A DNA stretch of 64,000 nucleotides from Candidatus Zixiibacteriota bacterium (GCA_022865345.1 JALHSU010000134.1:33050-97049); one strand, 5' to 3'; positions 51,192 to 60,970 are shown, counted from the first letter of the stretch. Made by a program: numbers and translations. The notes: generated by a model from the sequence alone, not told the origin.

Positions 51192-52133
51192 TCATTCAGA
51201 CCGAACTAAGTCAAGCGAAAAATCTTTTTCCTGAATGGTATACTGCTGCTTTTTCCTCTTCCGATCTTTTTCAATCCTTTTCGCCAGATAAAGACTGAAG
51301 ATTCCGACCAGGATTCCGGCTATCACATCTGAAATGTAATGAAATCTTCCCCAGATAGTACCTATGAAAAGGCTCAGGATCAAGGGTCCCAGAAAATAAA
51401 ACAGCCGGCGGGTGTACTTGTAAGCAAAGACGAATACCACCATAGTGACTGCCACGTGCGAGCTGGGCATACAGCCGCCGTGAAGTCCAGCCACTTTTAC
51501 TACCCACTGGGCTAAGGGCGCGAAGATAAATCCCTTGATCGGCGTTTGATGCAAAGATGCCAGCGCGCACCTGGGTCCTTCTACCGGGAAAAAGATAAAA
51601 CCTAAATAGGAGATGTAGAAAGATATAGCCGACGCTAAGACTAAACTATCGAACTCTTTCAATTTACCTCTGAAATAAAGGGCAATTCCTAAAATCGGCA
51701 GGATAAAATAATAGGAAAAATATGCCATCAGAAAATATTCATTCAGAATCGGGAAGGAGAATCTCTCTAAAAAGATGGTGGGGTAATTCCCCAGAATGGC
51801 TAATTCCAAATAATTGATCCAGGAATCGAAAAACCCAGGAAAAATTAGATGAACCAGGTAGCGGGTCTCCTCATACAAAAAGGTGAAAAGAAATATTGGA
51901 TACCAGTGCCTGAAGAATATCGCCAGTTTTTTTTCAGGAGAAGATAAGTAGTATACAATTGCCAGAACTAAAAATATTATTGAGAAATTGAAAATAAGAT
52001 AATAATACCAGGGGGGCTGGACATGATGAAAAAGGAGAATGATGAAACTCAAAGCTAAAAGATAGATAATGGTCACCCAGTCAACTGGCAGGAATAAAGG
52101 CTTTTTATTCATCTTAGTTTTTTTCGCCACCAC
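51192..52133 (-). CDS. polytopic membrane PAP2-family phosphatase (candidate phosphatidylinositol-phosphate phosphatase)
   Basis: C-terminal PAP2 signature PSSH ... RFHYISD; multiple N-terminal TM helices; third gene of the inositol-lipid operon. Confidence 0.6.
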   Translation of the reverse strand: MVAKKTKMNKKPLFLPVDWVTIIYLLALSFIILLFHHVQPPWYYYLIFNFSIIFLVLAIVYYLSSPEKKLAIFFRHWYPIFLFTFLYEETRYLVHLIFPGFFDSWINYLELAILGNYPTIFLERFSFPILNEYFLMAYFSYYFILPILGIALYFRGKLKEFDSLVLASAISFYISYLGFIFFPVEGPRCALASLHQTPIKGFIFAPLAQWVVKVAGLHGGCMPSSHVAVTMVVFVFAYKYTRRLFYFLGPLILSLFIGTIWGRFHYISDVIAGILVGIFSLYLAKRIEKDRKRKKQQYTIQEKDFSLDLVRSE

Positions 52134-52228
52134 AGAGGTTTTGAACCTCCAGACCTTGAACCCTCAGGTTCGTATTTTCGCATGGCTGAAGCCTTGCCCT
52201 ACGATTCTCATCTTCCTTCTTCCTTTTT

Positions 52229-52930
52229 CTATTCCCTTTTTCCTTCCACGATCAGGACGAACTCTCCTCGGACTTTAGCAGCTTCGAAGTATTCTTTTAT
52301 CTCTGATAACTTTCCTCTTTTGACCTCCTCGAACTTCTTGGTCAACTCCCTGGCAATGCAGGCTCTTCTGTCTCCAAGTATACTTGATATATCCTCTAAA
52401 GTTTCCAAAAACCGGTGAGGTGATTCATAAAAGATCAAAGTTCTTTTTTCCTCGGACAGATCCAGAATCCTTTTTTTTCTTTTTCCGGATTTGGGCGAAA
52501 GGAAACCTTCGAAGATAAACTTATCCGTGGGCAGACCTGAAATTATCAGGGCCGAGACAAATGCAGTAGGCCCTGGTATGGATTCCACTCTGATACCTTC
52601 CTGGATGGCTAATTTGACCATAAGAAAAGCCGGATCCGAGATTCCCGGTGTGCCGGCATCGGAGACCAGAGCAATCGAGTTTCCGGATTTAAGAGACTGG
52701 AGTAAATCATAAGCTTTTTTCTCTTTGTTGAAATCATGATAGCTGGTAAGCTGATTGGAAATCGAATAATTTTTAAGGAGTATCCCGGTTTTTCTGGTAT
52801 CCTCGGCCGCGATCAAATTCACTTCCTTTAAAACCCTGAGAGCCCGTAAAGTTATGTCTTCAAGATTGCCGATCGGGGTGCTGACCAGATAGAGCACTCC
52901 TTGATTTCCTGTAGCCGAATTCATAAGCAA
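52229..52930 (-). CDS. rsmI: 16S rRNA (cytidine1402-2'-O)-methyltransferase
   Basis: Tetrapyrrole-methylase-like fold; N-terminal LYLVSTPIGNLEDIT. Confidence 0.85.
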   Translation of the reverse strand: MLMNSATGNQGVLYLVSTPIGNLEDITLRALRVLKEVNLIAAEDTRKTGILLKNYSISNQLTSYHDFNKEKKAYDLLQSLKSGNSIALVSDAGTPGISDPAFLMVKLAIQEGIRVESIPGPTAFVSALIISGLPTDKFIFEGFLSPKSGKRKKRILDLSEEKRTLIFYESPHRFLETLEDISSILGDRRACIARELTKKFEEVKRGKLSEIKEYFEAAKVRGEFVLIVEGKRE

Positions 52931-52938
52931 ACTTATCT

Positions 52939-54333
52939 TTAAGCTGTTAGAGCTTCTTTAGTAGGAACCCAGTCGTTATCCTTTTTCTCTAAAGGAATCT
53001 TCCCGTTCTTTTTGTATCCCCAGAGGATTTTATAAATATAAGGCAGGGTAAGTTGAAAAAACTTCTTGGGCCTTAAGTAGAAAGAGAGATAAGCCCGGAT
53101 GATCAATCTCTGCAGCTCCTTAGGAGTAATTTTATCCAGGCGTATAACTGGCTGACCTCCCCAGTATATCTCCCAGTTATCAGTTAAGAGCCTGTCTTTT
53201 ACCGAGTCGTAAAGACGGGTACCAGGATAGGGGGTTAAAACGGAGAACTGTGCATAAGCCGGGTCAAGCCTCTTGGCATAGCGTATGGTTTTTTTGATCA
53301 TCTCGCTGGTCTCATCCAGACACCCGATGATAAAGCTTCCCCAGGCATCGATTTTATTTTTCTTTAAGATCTCCATACCCTTGAAAGCTGTGTCCGCTTC
53401 TAAGTTCTTGCCGAATCCATCTAAGGTCTCTTGATCTCCACTTTCAAACCCGATGAAGACCTGCCTTAACCCGGCTCTGCTCATCAACTGAACCATTTTT
53501 TCATTTTTGACGATGGTATCTATCCTGGAAAAAGCCCACCATTCTAAATCCCACCCCTTTTGCAGAATCCTTTCGCAGAAATCAACAACCCGGTTGGGAT
53601 TCAGGGTGAAATTGTCATCTAAGAAGGAGATGGCACGGTACCCGTAATGGTTATAAAGAAAAGAGACCTCGTCGATGATGTTGTCAACGGACCTGGTTCT
53701 CCATTTTACCCCGGAGAACTGCGAGCAGGAGCAGAAATCACAATCAAACGGACAGCCCCTGGAGGTAACCATAGTGGCAGAGTACCTTTTCCCCATGTTA
53801 AGAGTATACAGATTCAATGGAAGAAGGTCGCGCGCAGGAAAAGGGAGAAAGTCAAGGTCCTGGATAAAGGGACGAGGAGGATTTTTATCCCAGGTTCCGT
53901 TTTCCCTGTAGGAAAGACCCCCAATTTTTCCGATCTCCCCATCATTTCCAAGTGCATCCGCTAAATCCAGGATAACATACTCTCCTTCACCTCTTATCAC
54001 ATAATCAGCCGAAGAAGAACTCAAAATCTCCTCATCGAAAAAGGTGGCGTGAGGTCCGCCCATCAACACTTTGACTCCACGTCCTTTAGCGGTCTGCCCA
54101 ATTTTTTGTGATACCGGGTAGCGGGTGGTATCAACTGAAATCCCCACCAGGTCAAACTCTCTATAGGGAAGAGACCGGTAATCCAGAGACTCCACGTTCA
54201 GATCCACAATTTTTACCTGATGTTTCTTCTGCCTCAGGATGCTGGCTAAATATGCTAAACCCAGGGGCGGAAGCTTAAGCCCGATCCGGTGATAAAAGTT
54301 AATAGCCGGGGGATTAACCAAAAGTATCTTCAT
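52939..54333 (-). CDS. B12-binding-domain radical SAM protein
   Basis: N-terminal B12-binding Rossmann-like domain; CxxxCxxC (CPFDCDFC) radical SAM cluster motif. Confidence 0.8.
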   Translation of the reverse strand: MKILLVNPPAINFYHRIGLKLPPLGLAYLASILRQKKHQVKIVDLNVESLDYRSLPYREFDLVGISVDTTRYPVSQKIGQTAKGRGVKVLMGGPHATFFDEEILSSSSADYVIRGEGEYVILDLADALGNDGEIGKIGGLSYRENGTWDKNPPRPFIQDLDFLPFPARDLLPLNLYTLNMGKRYSATMVTSRGCPFDCDFCSCSQFSGVKWRTRSVDNIIDEVSFLYNHYGYRAISFLDDNFTLNPNRVVDFCERILQKGWDLEWWAFSRIDTIVKNEKMVQLMSRAGLRQVFIGFESGDQETLDGFGKNLEADTAFKGMEILKKNKIDAWGSFIIGCLDETSEMIKKTIRYAKRLDPAYAQFSVLTPYPGTRLYDSVKDRLLTDNWEIYWGGQPVIRLDKITPKELQRLIIRAYLSFYLRPKKFFQLTLPYIYKILWGYKKNGKIPLEKKDNDWVPTKEALTA

Positions 54334-54749
54334 CTTGTCCCTATAGCCCTTTAAAGGTTATTTGATTCAAACCTGTGCTCTAAATTTAGCAGCGAACTCC
54401 TGCTCCCAGATCGGCTCTGCGATCTTATGTATGCTTCTGAATATCTGTCTGTTGAAAAATGTAACAGAATTTTATTTATCTCCTTTACCAGGGACTTTCT
54501 AAAGTTCTTTGCATCATAACCCTCCTTGTCTAAAAGATTAAATACTTTTCTACAAGGCCTTTTTGAATTTACGATTTTTGTAGTGCAATTACAAGAAAAA
54601 TATCAGAAAAGATTTCTCTATTTTCAGAAAGTCAAGCGATAATTTTAAAATTAATTTTATAATAGTAAAGAATTTTGGATTCTGCAAGAAAAAAAATGCA
54701 GACGGATCATCGCGGGAAAGGAATTTCCCAACGAAAAAAAATTGAGCGG

Positions 54750-55000
54750 CCACAAAGGATCGCACTGGGAAAAGAGTATGGCAAGTCCGTCAAGGTCTTC
54801 AGACTTCAGCCGTGCAAAAAAAAGTTCACACCTACCGCACGTAGATGAACTAAACGCTGGGCGAGGAAACCTCGCCCCTACAAAAATTGTCAAACCCATC
54901 CTACGGGGTATGCTTGTGAAAGGGGAAAATCGTACGGCAAGGCATTAGCCTTGCATGGTTTATTAAAAGTAGGGGTTCAAAATTTTGAACCCCTACATAT
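54750..55000. repeat. REP-like hairpin cluster with GTAG/CTAC boundaries, upstream of tRNA-Leu
   Basis: ggcgaggaaacctcgcccctac; gcaaggcattagccttgc; gtaggggttcaaaattttgaacccctac (same unit as at 13594-13621); cgtcaaggtctt shared with 59528. Confidence 0.65.
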
Positions 55001-55005
55001 CGAAA

Positions 55006-55091
55006 TGCCGGAGCCCGGAATTGAACCGGGACAGTGAGTAATCACCGAGGGATTTTAAGTCCCTTGCGTCTACCTATTCCGCCACTCCGGC
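55006..55091 (-). tRNA. tRNA-Leu (anticodon TAA), type II with long variable arm
   Basis: Minus-strand read GCCGGAG-TGGCGGAATAGGTAGACGC-A-AGGGA-CTTAAAA-TCCCT-...-GTCCCGGTTCAATTCCGGGC-TCCGGC-A folds as a cloverleaf. Confidence 0.8.
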
Positions 55092-55270
55092 GTTTTAAAA
55101 AAGTGGTTGGTGGATAGTTGTTAGTTTATAGTCCTCCCCACCCTAAAAATATCAAGTTCGACCTCTCTAGAATCGATTATAATATGGAATTATATATTTC
55201 TGTCAAGAATTCTTTTTGAAAATTGCACCCACGGAGGGACAACCTGCTTGCTTATTGTTTTATCCGCATC

Positions 55271-55987
55271 TTATGAACTTCTTCGGAACTTCTTTCTTTT
55301 CTCCTTAGAGATTTTTTCGGTGGCATACTGGATTATCAGCCGGGGAGCTTTATCTTTCCATTTATAGAGAAAATCCTCCACCTTCTCTGGTGCTTTTTTC
55401 CAGGTTTCCCGTAGAAGCCAGCCCACTCCCTGGTGAACCACCCTTTCCGGATCAAGGATCAGCTTCCGGGCAACTGACAAGCCTTCCTTTATATAATCAT
55501 CTTTTGAGACCAGCTTCACCAGGGTTACTGGAACCGCTCTTCTTTTCCATTTAGAAGAGGACTCAGTCCACTCCATAAGCTCCTTTAAAGGGACCATCTT
55601 ATCCTTTATGAAGAAATATAAGATGGCACCGCAAGCCCAATCAGAGTGCGCCCAGTTTACTATATATTTCTGAAACCATTTTCCTATTACCTCGAACAGT
55701 TTTTTGTTGTAGTTTTTCTTTAATCGGATGAAGAAATCGAGGGCGACCGAAGCCTCTTCATACTTGCCTGTCTTAATCAGGTTTTCGCACAAGGCGAGAA
55801 GTTCATCCTCGGTCAGATTTTTCTGACAGGATTCAAACCACTCTTCTCTTTTCTTCTGAAATTTATCCGGGTCAATTCCATAGGCGTCGTATCCCTCTTT
55901 AAAATAGCGGGCATATTTCTGAACGATCTTCTCATCCGCATTTTTCTTTAGAAACCCTTTGATCTCTTTTTCAAACTTTTCAACCAT
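55271..55987 (-). CDS. DNA alkylation repair enzyme (AlkD-like HEAT-repeat family)
   Basis: HEAT-like repeats; family-typical VHQGVGWLLRE segment. Confidence 0.7.
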   Translation of the reverse strand: MVEKFEKEIKGFLKKNADEKIVQKYARYFKEGYDAYGIDPDKFQKKREEWFESCQKNLTEDELLALCENLIKTGKYEEASVALDFFIRLKKNYNKKLFEVIGKWFQKYIVNWAHSDWACGAILYFFIKDKMVPLKELMEWTESSSKWKRRAVPVTLVKLVSKDDYIKEGLSVARKLILDPERVVHQGVGWLLRETWKKAPEKVEDFLYKWKDKAPRLIIQYATEKISKEKRKKFRRSS

Positions 55988-56280
55988 CTGCTTTTTCCCT
56001 TCGTTGGAGAGGGGCTTGTTGAGCTTTGCGAAATCCCCTACGGGGGGTCCCCTCTTACTCTATTTACCACTCTCGGGCGACCACACGGTTCAACAGGCCC
56101 ACCGTCCTGAGCAGGGTCGAAGGAAGGTCGCCCCTACTTTTCAGCTTGTCAACTATAAATTTTGTGATGAAATTAAAGGGCTTGATGAATCAAGCCCTTA
56201 CCAATTAAGCCCTGCCTGTATTTGATTTTTTTCTTCAAACTCCAAACTTTTAAACTCTTAAATTTTTAAACTGTATTCAA

Positions 56281-56352
<72 letters not shown>

Positions 56353-56432
56353 AAATTAGAGTGACAAAGTGATAAAGTGATAAAGTGATTTTTTACTAAT
56401 CACTAATCACTGTATCACTTCATCACTTATCC

Positions 56433-56509
56433 TGGAGCGGGAAACGGGATTTGAACCCGCGACATTCACCTTGGCAAGGTGACGCTCTAGCCAACTGAGC
56501 TATTCCCGC
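56433..56509 (-). tRNA. tRNA-Gly (anticodon GCC), CCA encoded
   Basis: Minus-strand read GCGGGAA-TA-GCTCAGTTGGCTAGAGC-G-TCACC-TTGCCAA-GGTGA-...-CGCGGGTTCAAATCCCGT-TTCCCGC-TCCA. Confidence 0.8.
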
Positions 56510-56649
56510 TTGTGAGTTTTAAGATATACGTTCAGAAAAAACTTGTCAATAAAATTTTCGCTATCCTTCTCCTTATTTCTATAAGGTATCCCGGATTATG
56601 CCGATCCAGGGAGTCTTCTCCTTTTGGCTGTTTGACTTTAGACTTTGGA

Positions 56650-58140
56650 CTATCGCCTCTTTTTTGCCACTGCTTTATTGTAAAGCTGTATATACTTTTT
56701 GGCCGAAGCCTCCCACGAGAAATCCTTTTCCATCCCCTGAAGCATAAGGTTTTTCCAGGCAGTCCGGTCTTTGAAAAGAATCAAAGCCCTTTTTATGGCC
56801 GAGAGAAGTTCATCTCCATTATAATCTTTAAAAACAAAACCCGTTCCTTTCTGGTTTTGAGTATCATAATCTTGAATGGTATCTGCCAGACCACCGGTTT
56901 CACGCACTATTGGAACAGTCCCATATCTCAAGCTGTACATTTGATTCAGGCCGCACGGCTCATATCTTGAAGGCATAAGAAAAATATCTGCGCCCGCCTC
57001 GATCAGATGAGCGAGTTTATTATCATATTTCAAGTATATTTTCGCTTTATCCGGATATTTTTTCTCCAGCCCGGATAAGAATATGTGATATTTCTGCTCG
57101 CCCGTGCCTAAAATTATTAATTTGACCCCCAAAGACAACAGTTTATCAGCTATCTCATGGAGTAAATCAAACCCCTTCTGGTCAGCCAGTCTGGAGATCA
57201 TCCCGATCAAAGGTTCGTTTCGGTCTGTTTCCAAACCAGCTTGTCTAAGCAGTAATTCTTTATTTTTGCTTTTTATCTGAAGATTACCTTTTCCATAATT
57301 ATAAGGGATGAGTTTATCCTTTTCCGGGCTCCACTCCTCATAGTCTGCCCCGTTCAATACCCCGTATGTATCCCTGGTCCTATCTTTTAATATCCCCTCC
57401 ATCCCGTACCCGAACTCTGGCCCGGATTGAATCTCCTGCGCATATTTTTCACTTACCGTGTTTATCAGATCAGCATAGGAAATCCCGATCTTCAAGAAAT
57501 TCACTCCACCCCAGTATTCAAAAGGGCTCAGGGGATAAAAAAGCTCCTTTTTGAGTCCAAGCTTGTCAAAGGTGCTCCTAGGGAAATTCCCCTGATAAGC
57601 GATATTGTGAATGGTCAAAAGCGTGGCTATGTTCTTATAAAAAGGCTCCTCTTCTAAGATGGTTTTAAGGTAAGCCGGGATCAAAGCTGACTGCCAGTCA
57701 TTGCAGTGGATTAGGTCTGGCTTCCAGTCTAAAGCCTTTATGGTTTCAAGAACTCCCCTGGCAAAAAGGATAAATCTTTCATCATTATCCTCATAATCTT
57801 GTCCGGTTTTCTTATCCGCATAAAGCTCGTCTCTGTCAAAAAACTCCTTATTTTCCAGGAAAAGATATTCTGCATTAGAATCCGGCAGATGGCACTTCTT
57901 TATTTTGAATTTTACTTCCTTTTCCGCTATCCTGATTCCCGGCAAAAAGCTGTCGATATTCTCCAAGCCATACTTTTTTTCATCCACCATTTTATATTTT
58001 GGCAGGATTGTTTTTACCTCGCATCCCATTCGGGACAAGACCTTAGATAATGCACCAGCCACATCAGCCAGACCTCCTGTTTTAGCGAAAGGAACAACTT
58101 CCGGAGATACAAGAAGTACCCTGAGTTTATCTTTTGCCAA
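56650..58140 (-). CDS. glgA: glycogen (starch) synthase, ADP-glucose type
   Basis: N-terminal KTGGLADV motif; GT5/GT-B fold; apparent TTG start preceded by an AAGGAG RBS. Confidence 0.85.
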   Translation of the reverse strand: MAKDKLRVLLVSPEVVPFAKTGGLADVAGALSKVLSRMGCEVKTILPKYKMVDEKKYGLENIDSFLPGIRIAEKEVKFKIKKCHLPDSNAEYLFLENKEFFDRDELYADKKTGQDYEDNDERFILFARGVLETIKALDWKPDLIHCNDWQSALIPAYLKTILEEEPFYKNIATLLTIHNIAYQGNFPRSTFDKLGLKKELFYPLSPFEYWGGVNFLKIGISYADLINTVSEKYAQEIQSGPEFGYGMEGILKDRTRDTYGVLNGADYEEWSPEKDKLIPYNYGKGNLQIKSKNKELLLRQAGLETDRNEPLIGMISRLADQKGFDLLHEIADKLLSLGVKLIILGTGEQKYHIFLSGLEKKYPDKAKIYLKYDNKLAHLIEAGADIFLMPSRYEPCGLNQMYSLRYGTVPIVRETGGLADTIQDYDTQNQKGTGFVFKDYNGDELLSAIKRALILFKDRTAWKNLMLQGMEKDFSWEASAKKYIQLYNKAVAKKRR

Positions 58141-58192
58141 CTTTACTCCTTTTTTGCTTTTTGATTTTAGACTTTAACCTGTAGCCTTCAGA

Positions 58193-59194
58193 CTATATTT
58201 CGATCTCCTTTAGATACTTAGCCGCATCCTCCGGAGAAGTGGGATTTATGTAGAAACCGGTCCCCCATTCAAACCCTGCCACCCGGGTGAGTTTTGGTAT
58301 AATCTCAATATGCCAGTGATATTCCTCCAGTTCCTCATGATTGAGGATGGGGGTGGTGTGGATGATATAATTATAAGGTGGGTTATTAAGCGCCCTAGAA
58401 AGACGGAGCAGGGTTTCTTTGAGAATTTTAGCTAAGGCTGGAACTGTTTCTTTTTTAGTGCTCTCAAAGCGGGAGATATGCGACTTGGGCAAAATCCAGG
58501 TCTCAAAAGGGAACCTGGCAGCAAAAGGCTCTATGGATATGAAGAAATCGTTCTGGGTGATCACCCTCTCGTTCTCAGAGATCTCCTGTTTGATGATGTC
58601 GCAGAAGATACATCTCTCCTTATATTCAAAATAAGTCTTGGACCTTTCCACTTCCTCACTCACCCTTTTGGGAACAACTGGAGTGGCGATGAGCTGGCTA
58701 TGGCTATGCTCTAAGGAGGCGCCAGCCTCCTCACCCTGATTTTTGAAGATCATTATATATCTGAAGCGCTGGTCTTTCTTCAAGTCGTTCATCCGGCAGA
58801 TGTATGCCCAGATCACGTCTTCAACCTCTTTATCCTCATAATCTGGAATATCTTTTATATGGTCCGAGGTTTCGATTATAACTTCGTGGGCACCTATACC
58901 GTTCATCTTATCATAAATGCCCTTTCCTTCCCGGTTAAGATCGCCTTCTATCCTCAAAGCCGGATATTTATTAGATATAACCCTGAGAGTCCAGCCAGGC
59001 TTATTCGGTTCTGAAAGAGATGGCCTGAAAGCTAAAATCTCAGGCGGGGTAGAGGATTCATTTCCCGGACAGAAAGGGCAAAGGGGGCTTTTCTTCCGTT
59101 TAGGAAGGTTAGCAAAATCAGAGGGTCTTTTACCCCTCTCAGTTGAGATAATCACCCACCTGCCGATGATAGGGTCTTTTCTCAGTTCAGGCAT
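58193..59194 (-). CDS. galT: galactose-1-phosphate uridylyltransferase (HIT superfamily)
   Basis: Zn-binding CPFCPGNE; HSHSQ histidine-triad-like active site. Confidence 0.8.
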   Translation of the reverse strand: MPELRKDPIIGRWVIISTERGKRPSDFANLPKRKKSPLCPFCPGNESSTPPEILAFRPSLSEPNKPGWTLRVISNKYPALRIEGDLNREGKGIYDKMNGIGAHEVIIETSDHIKDIPDYEDKEVEDVIWAYICRMNDLKKDQRFRYIMIFKNQGEEAGASLEHSHSQLIATPVVPKRVSEEVERSKTYFEYKERCIFCDIIKQEISENERVITQNDFFISIEPFAARFPFETWILPKSHISRFESTKKETVPALAKILKETLLRLSRALNNPPYNYIIHTTPILNHEELEEYHWHIEIIPKLTRVAGFEWGTGFYINPTSPEDAAKYLKEIEI

Positions 59195-59259
59195 CTTCTC
59201 TCCTCTTTTCTGCCTTTTTTCATATAGATTATATAATCTAAAAAACCAGTTGTCAACCT

Positions 59260-59570
59260 GTAAAGTCGTAGTGCGAGGCTTTCAGCCTCGCTTTGCGACC
59301 CTAAAAGGATCGCACTACATCTGCGAGGAGTCCATTTGGACGACGAAGCAATCTCTCTTTTTTAAGTAAAAGGATTGCTTCGTTCCCTCCGGTGACTCGC
59401 AATGACTGATTAATCTTCTGTAGGGCCCATCGGGCTTTTTTTTCTGCCAGGCAGAAGTCTTGCCCTACTGTGGTGGAGGTCTGAAGACCTCCGCTACATC
59501 TATCGAGTAATTGTAGCGGAAGGCCGTCAAGGTCTTGTCCGCAGGATCCTGGCGAAGACTTCAGCCTTCC
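59260..59570. repeat. array of REP-like GTAG/CTAC hairpins in the 387-bp gap upstream of galT
   Basis: gtagtgcgaggctttcagcctcgc...gatcgcactac; cgaagcaatc...gattgcttcg; gtagggccc...gccctac; ggaggtctgaagacctccgctac; gtagcggaaggc...gccttcc. Confidence 0.7.
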
Positions 59571-59581
59571 ATCTTTTTTTG

Positions 59582-60865
59582 CTATAGTCTCCTTTCCCGT
59601 TTGCTTAATTCAAACAATACAGAGAAAAGCTTCTTTTCTTTTGAAGTTAACTTTACCCCTCTTCTTTTCATCACAATTTCTGCCGTATCGATCATCTTCT
59701 CCAGCTTGTACTCGGTAAATCCCATAACACTCCCCCAGCTAAAAGAGGGGACGAATTTCTCATTAACCATCCCTCCACCGAAAATATTTGAGCCAAATCC
59801 GATATACACTCCGGTATTGAGTAAAGTCCCGATGCCGGTCTTAACGTGATCGCCAATCATTGCGCCAACCTTGATTAGCCCTGTGTCGATCTCTTTTCCG
59901 TTCAAAAGGACTTTAATCTTGCCGTAGTTATTCTTCAAATCGCTGTTAGTGGTCATTGCCCCTAAATTCACCCATTCTCCCACATAGGAATGACCTAAAA
60001 AGCCGTCATGATACTTGTTATCGTAACCTGAGAAGATTGAATTCTCTACTTCTCCACCTACTCGGCAGAAAGGTCCTGTACTTGTCCCTTCCCTGATTTT
60101 CGCTCCCATCAGAACACTATTCGAGCCGATACAGGATGGACCTTCTATTCGGGTGAAAGACTGAATTTCCACATTCTCATCAATATAAATCGGACATTTT
60201 CTGGCATCTAAAACCACGAAAGCATCTATGCGGCAATTTTTACCAACATAAACATCTTTTGGATTATAGATTTTAACTGAAGATTCAACCCCCTTTTTGA
60301 AGTCATTTTTCTTAACCTTGCTTAACCTTCTGAAATCTTTTATGATCTCCTCGGGATTTAGTCTAATAAGATCCCAGAGGTAATTAACGACTTCGAACCT
60401 AATCTCAACTTTCTTTATCTTTTTTAATATCGACTCAATACTCGTTTTCTTATATAGGGTCTTAACCTCAGCTTCGTATTTTTTGAAATCCTCACCTTTC
60501 AGACATAAAGCCAGAAGTTCACCCTTCGAGGTAAATGCTCTTTCTTTTGTTGAGAAATTTATCTTTAGAGGAAGCTTCTCTTCTGCTAACATCCGCCCAT
60601 TCAGGAAGAGCAGAAGGTCTTCTTTTTTTAGGTTAAAGTTATTGACCTTGTAAGAGGTCTTCTGTCTCAAGACTTCAGCTAAATAATCCCGGCAGAGGAG
60701 GGAGACCTCAGCCCCAGGATAAAGCTGGATTAACTTATCCTTGACTTTCAGAATGCCACTTAGAAGCTCATAAACCGGGCGGTTGTAAGTCAAGGGATAG
60801 AAGTTTGAGAACTTGTCGTCTTCGAAAATGAAAAGCTTTTTCCCCATTTTTCTCCTAAGAATCAA
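59582..60865 (-). CDS. putative sugar nucleotidyltransferase-like protein with C-terminal left-handed beta-helix
   Basis: Hexapeptide repeats in the C-terminal half; N-terminal half with loose nucleotidyltransferase-like character; next to galT and glgA. Confidence 0.45.
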   Translation of the reverse strand: MILRRKMGKKLFIFEDDKFSNFYPLTYNRPVYELLSGILKVKDKLIQLYPGAEVSLLCRDYLAEVLRQKTSYKVNNFNLKKEDLLLFLNGRMLAEEKLPLKINFSTKERAFTSKGELLALCLKGEDFKKYEAEVKTLYKKTSIESILKKIKKVEIRFEVVNYLWDLIRLNPEEIIKDFRRLSKVKKNDFKKGVESSVKIYNPKDVYVGKNCRIDAFVVLDARKCPIYIDENVEIQSFTRIEGPSCIGSNSVLMGAKIREGTSTGPFCRVGGEVENSIFSGYDNKYHDGFLGHSYVGEWVNLGAMTTNSDLKNNYGKIKVLLNGKEIDTGLIKVGAMIGDHVKTGIGTLLNTGVYIGFGSNIFGGGMVNEKFVPSFSWGSVMGFTEYKLEKMIDTAEIVMKRRGVKLTSKEKKLFSVLFELSKRERRL

Positions 60866-60970
60866 AGCGAAGGAGAGGTTTTTGACCTCTGCTTCAGAGC
60901 CGTAAAGCTTTTATCGGCTGCTGAGCCCTTAAGGCTCGGCTACGCGCACATTTCTTTTGTCTGTCATTTG

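Noticed and set aside
54657-54899. 80-aa minus-strand ORF in the rSAM leader
   Set aside because: It runs through REP-like hairpins (ggcgaggaaacctcgcc, cgtcaaggtctt) and has no RBS or domain, so it is treated as non-coding.
56650-58140. glgA start codon annotated as Met in the ORF track
   Set aside because: The first codon on the minus strand is TTG, preceded by AAGGAG. It is a plausible TTG initiation rather than an error, and the call is kept.
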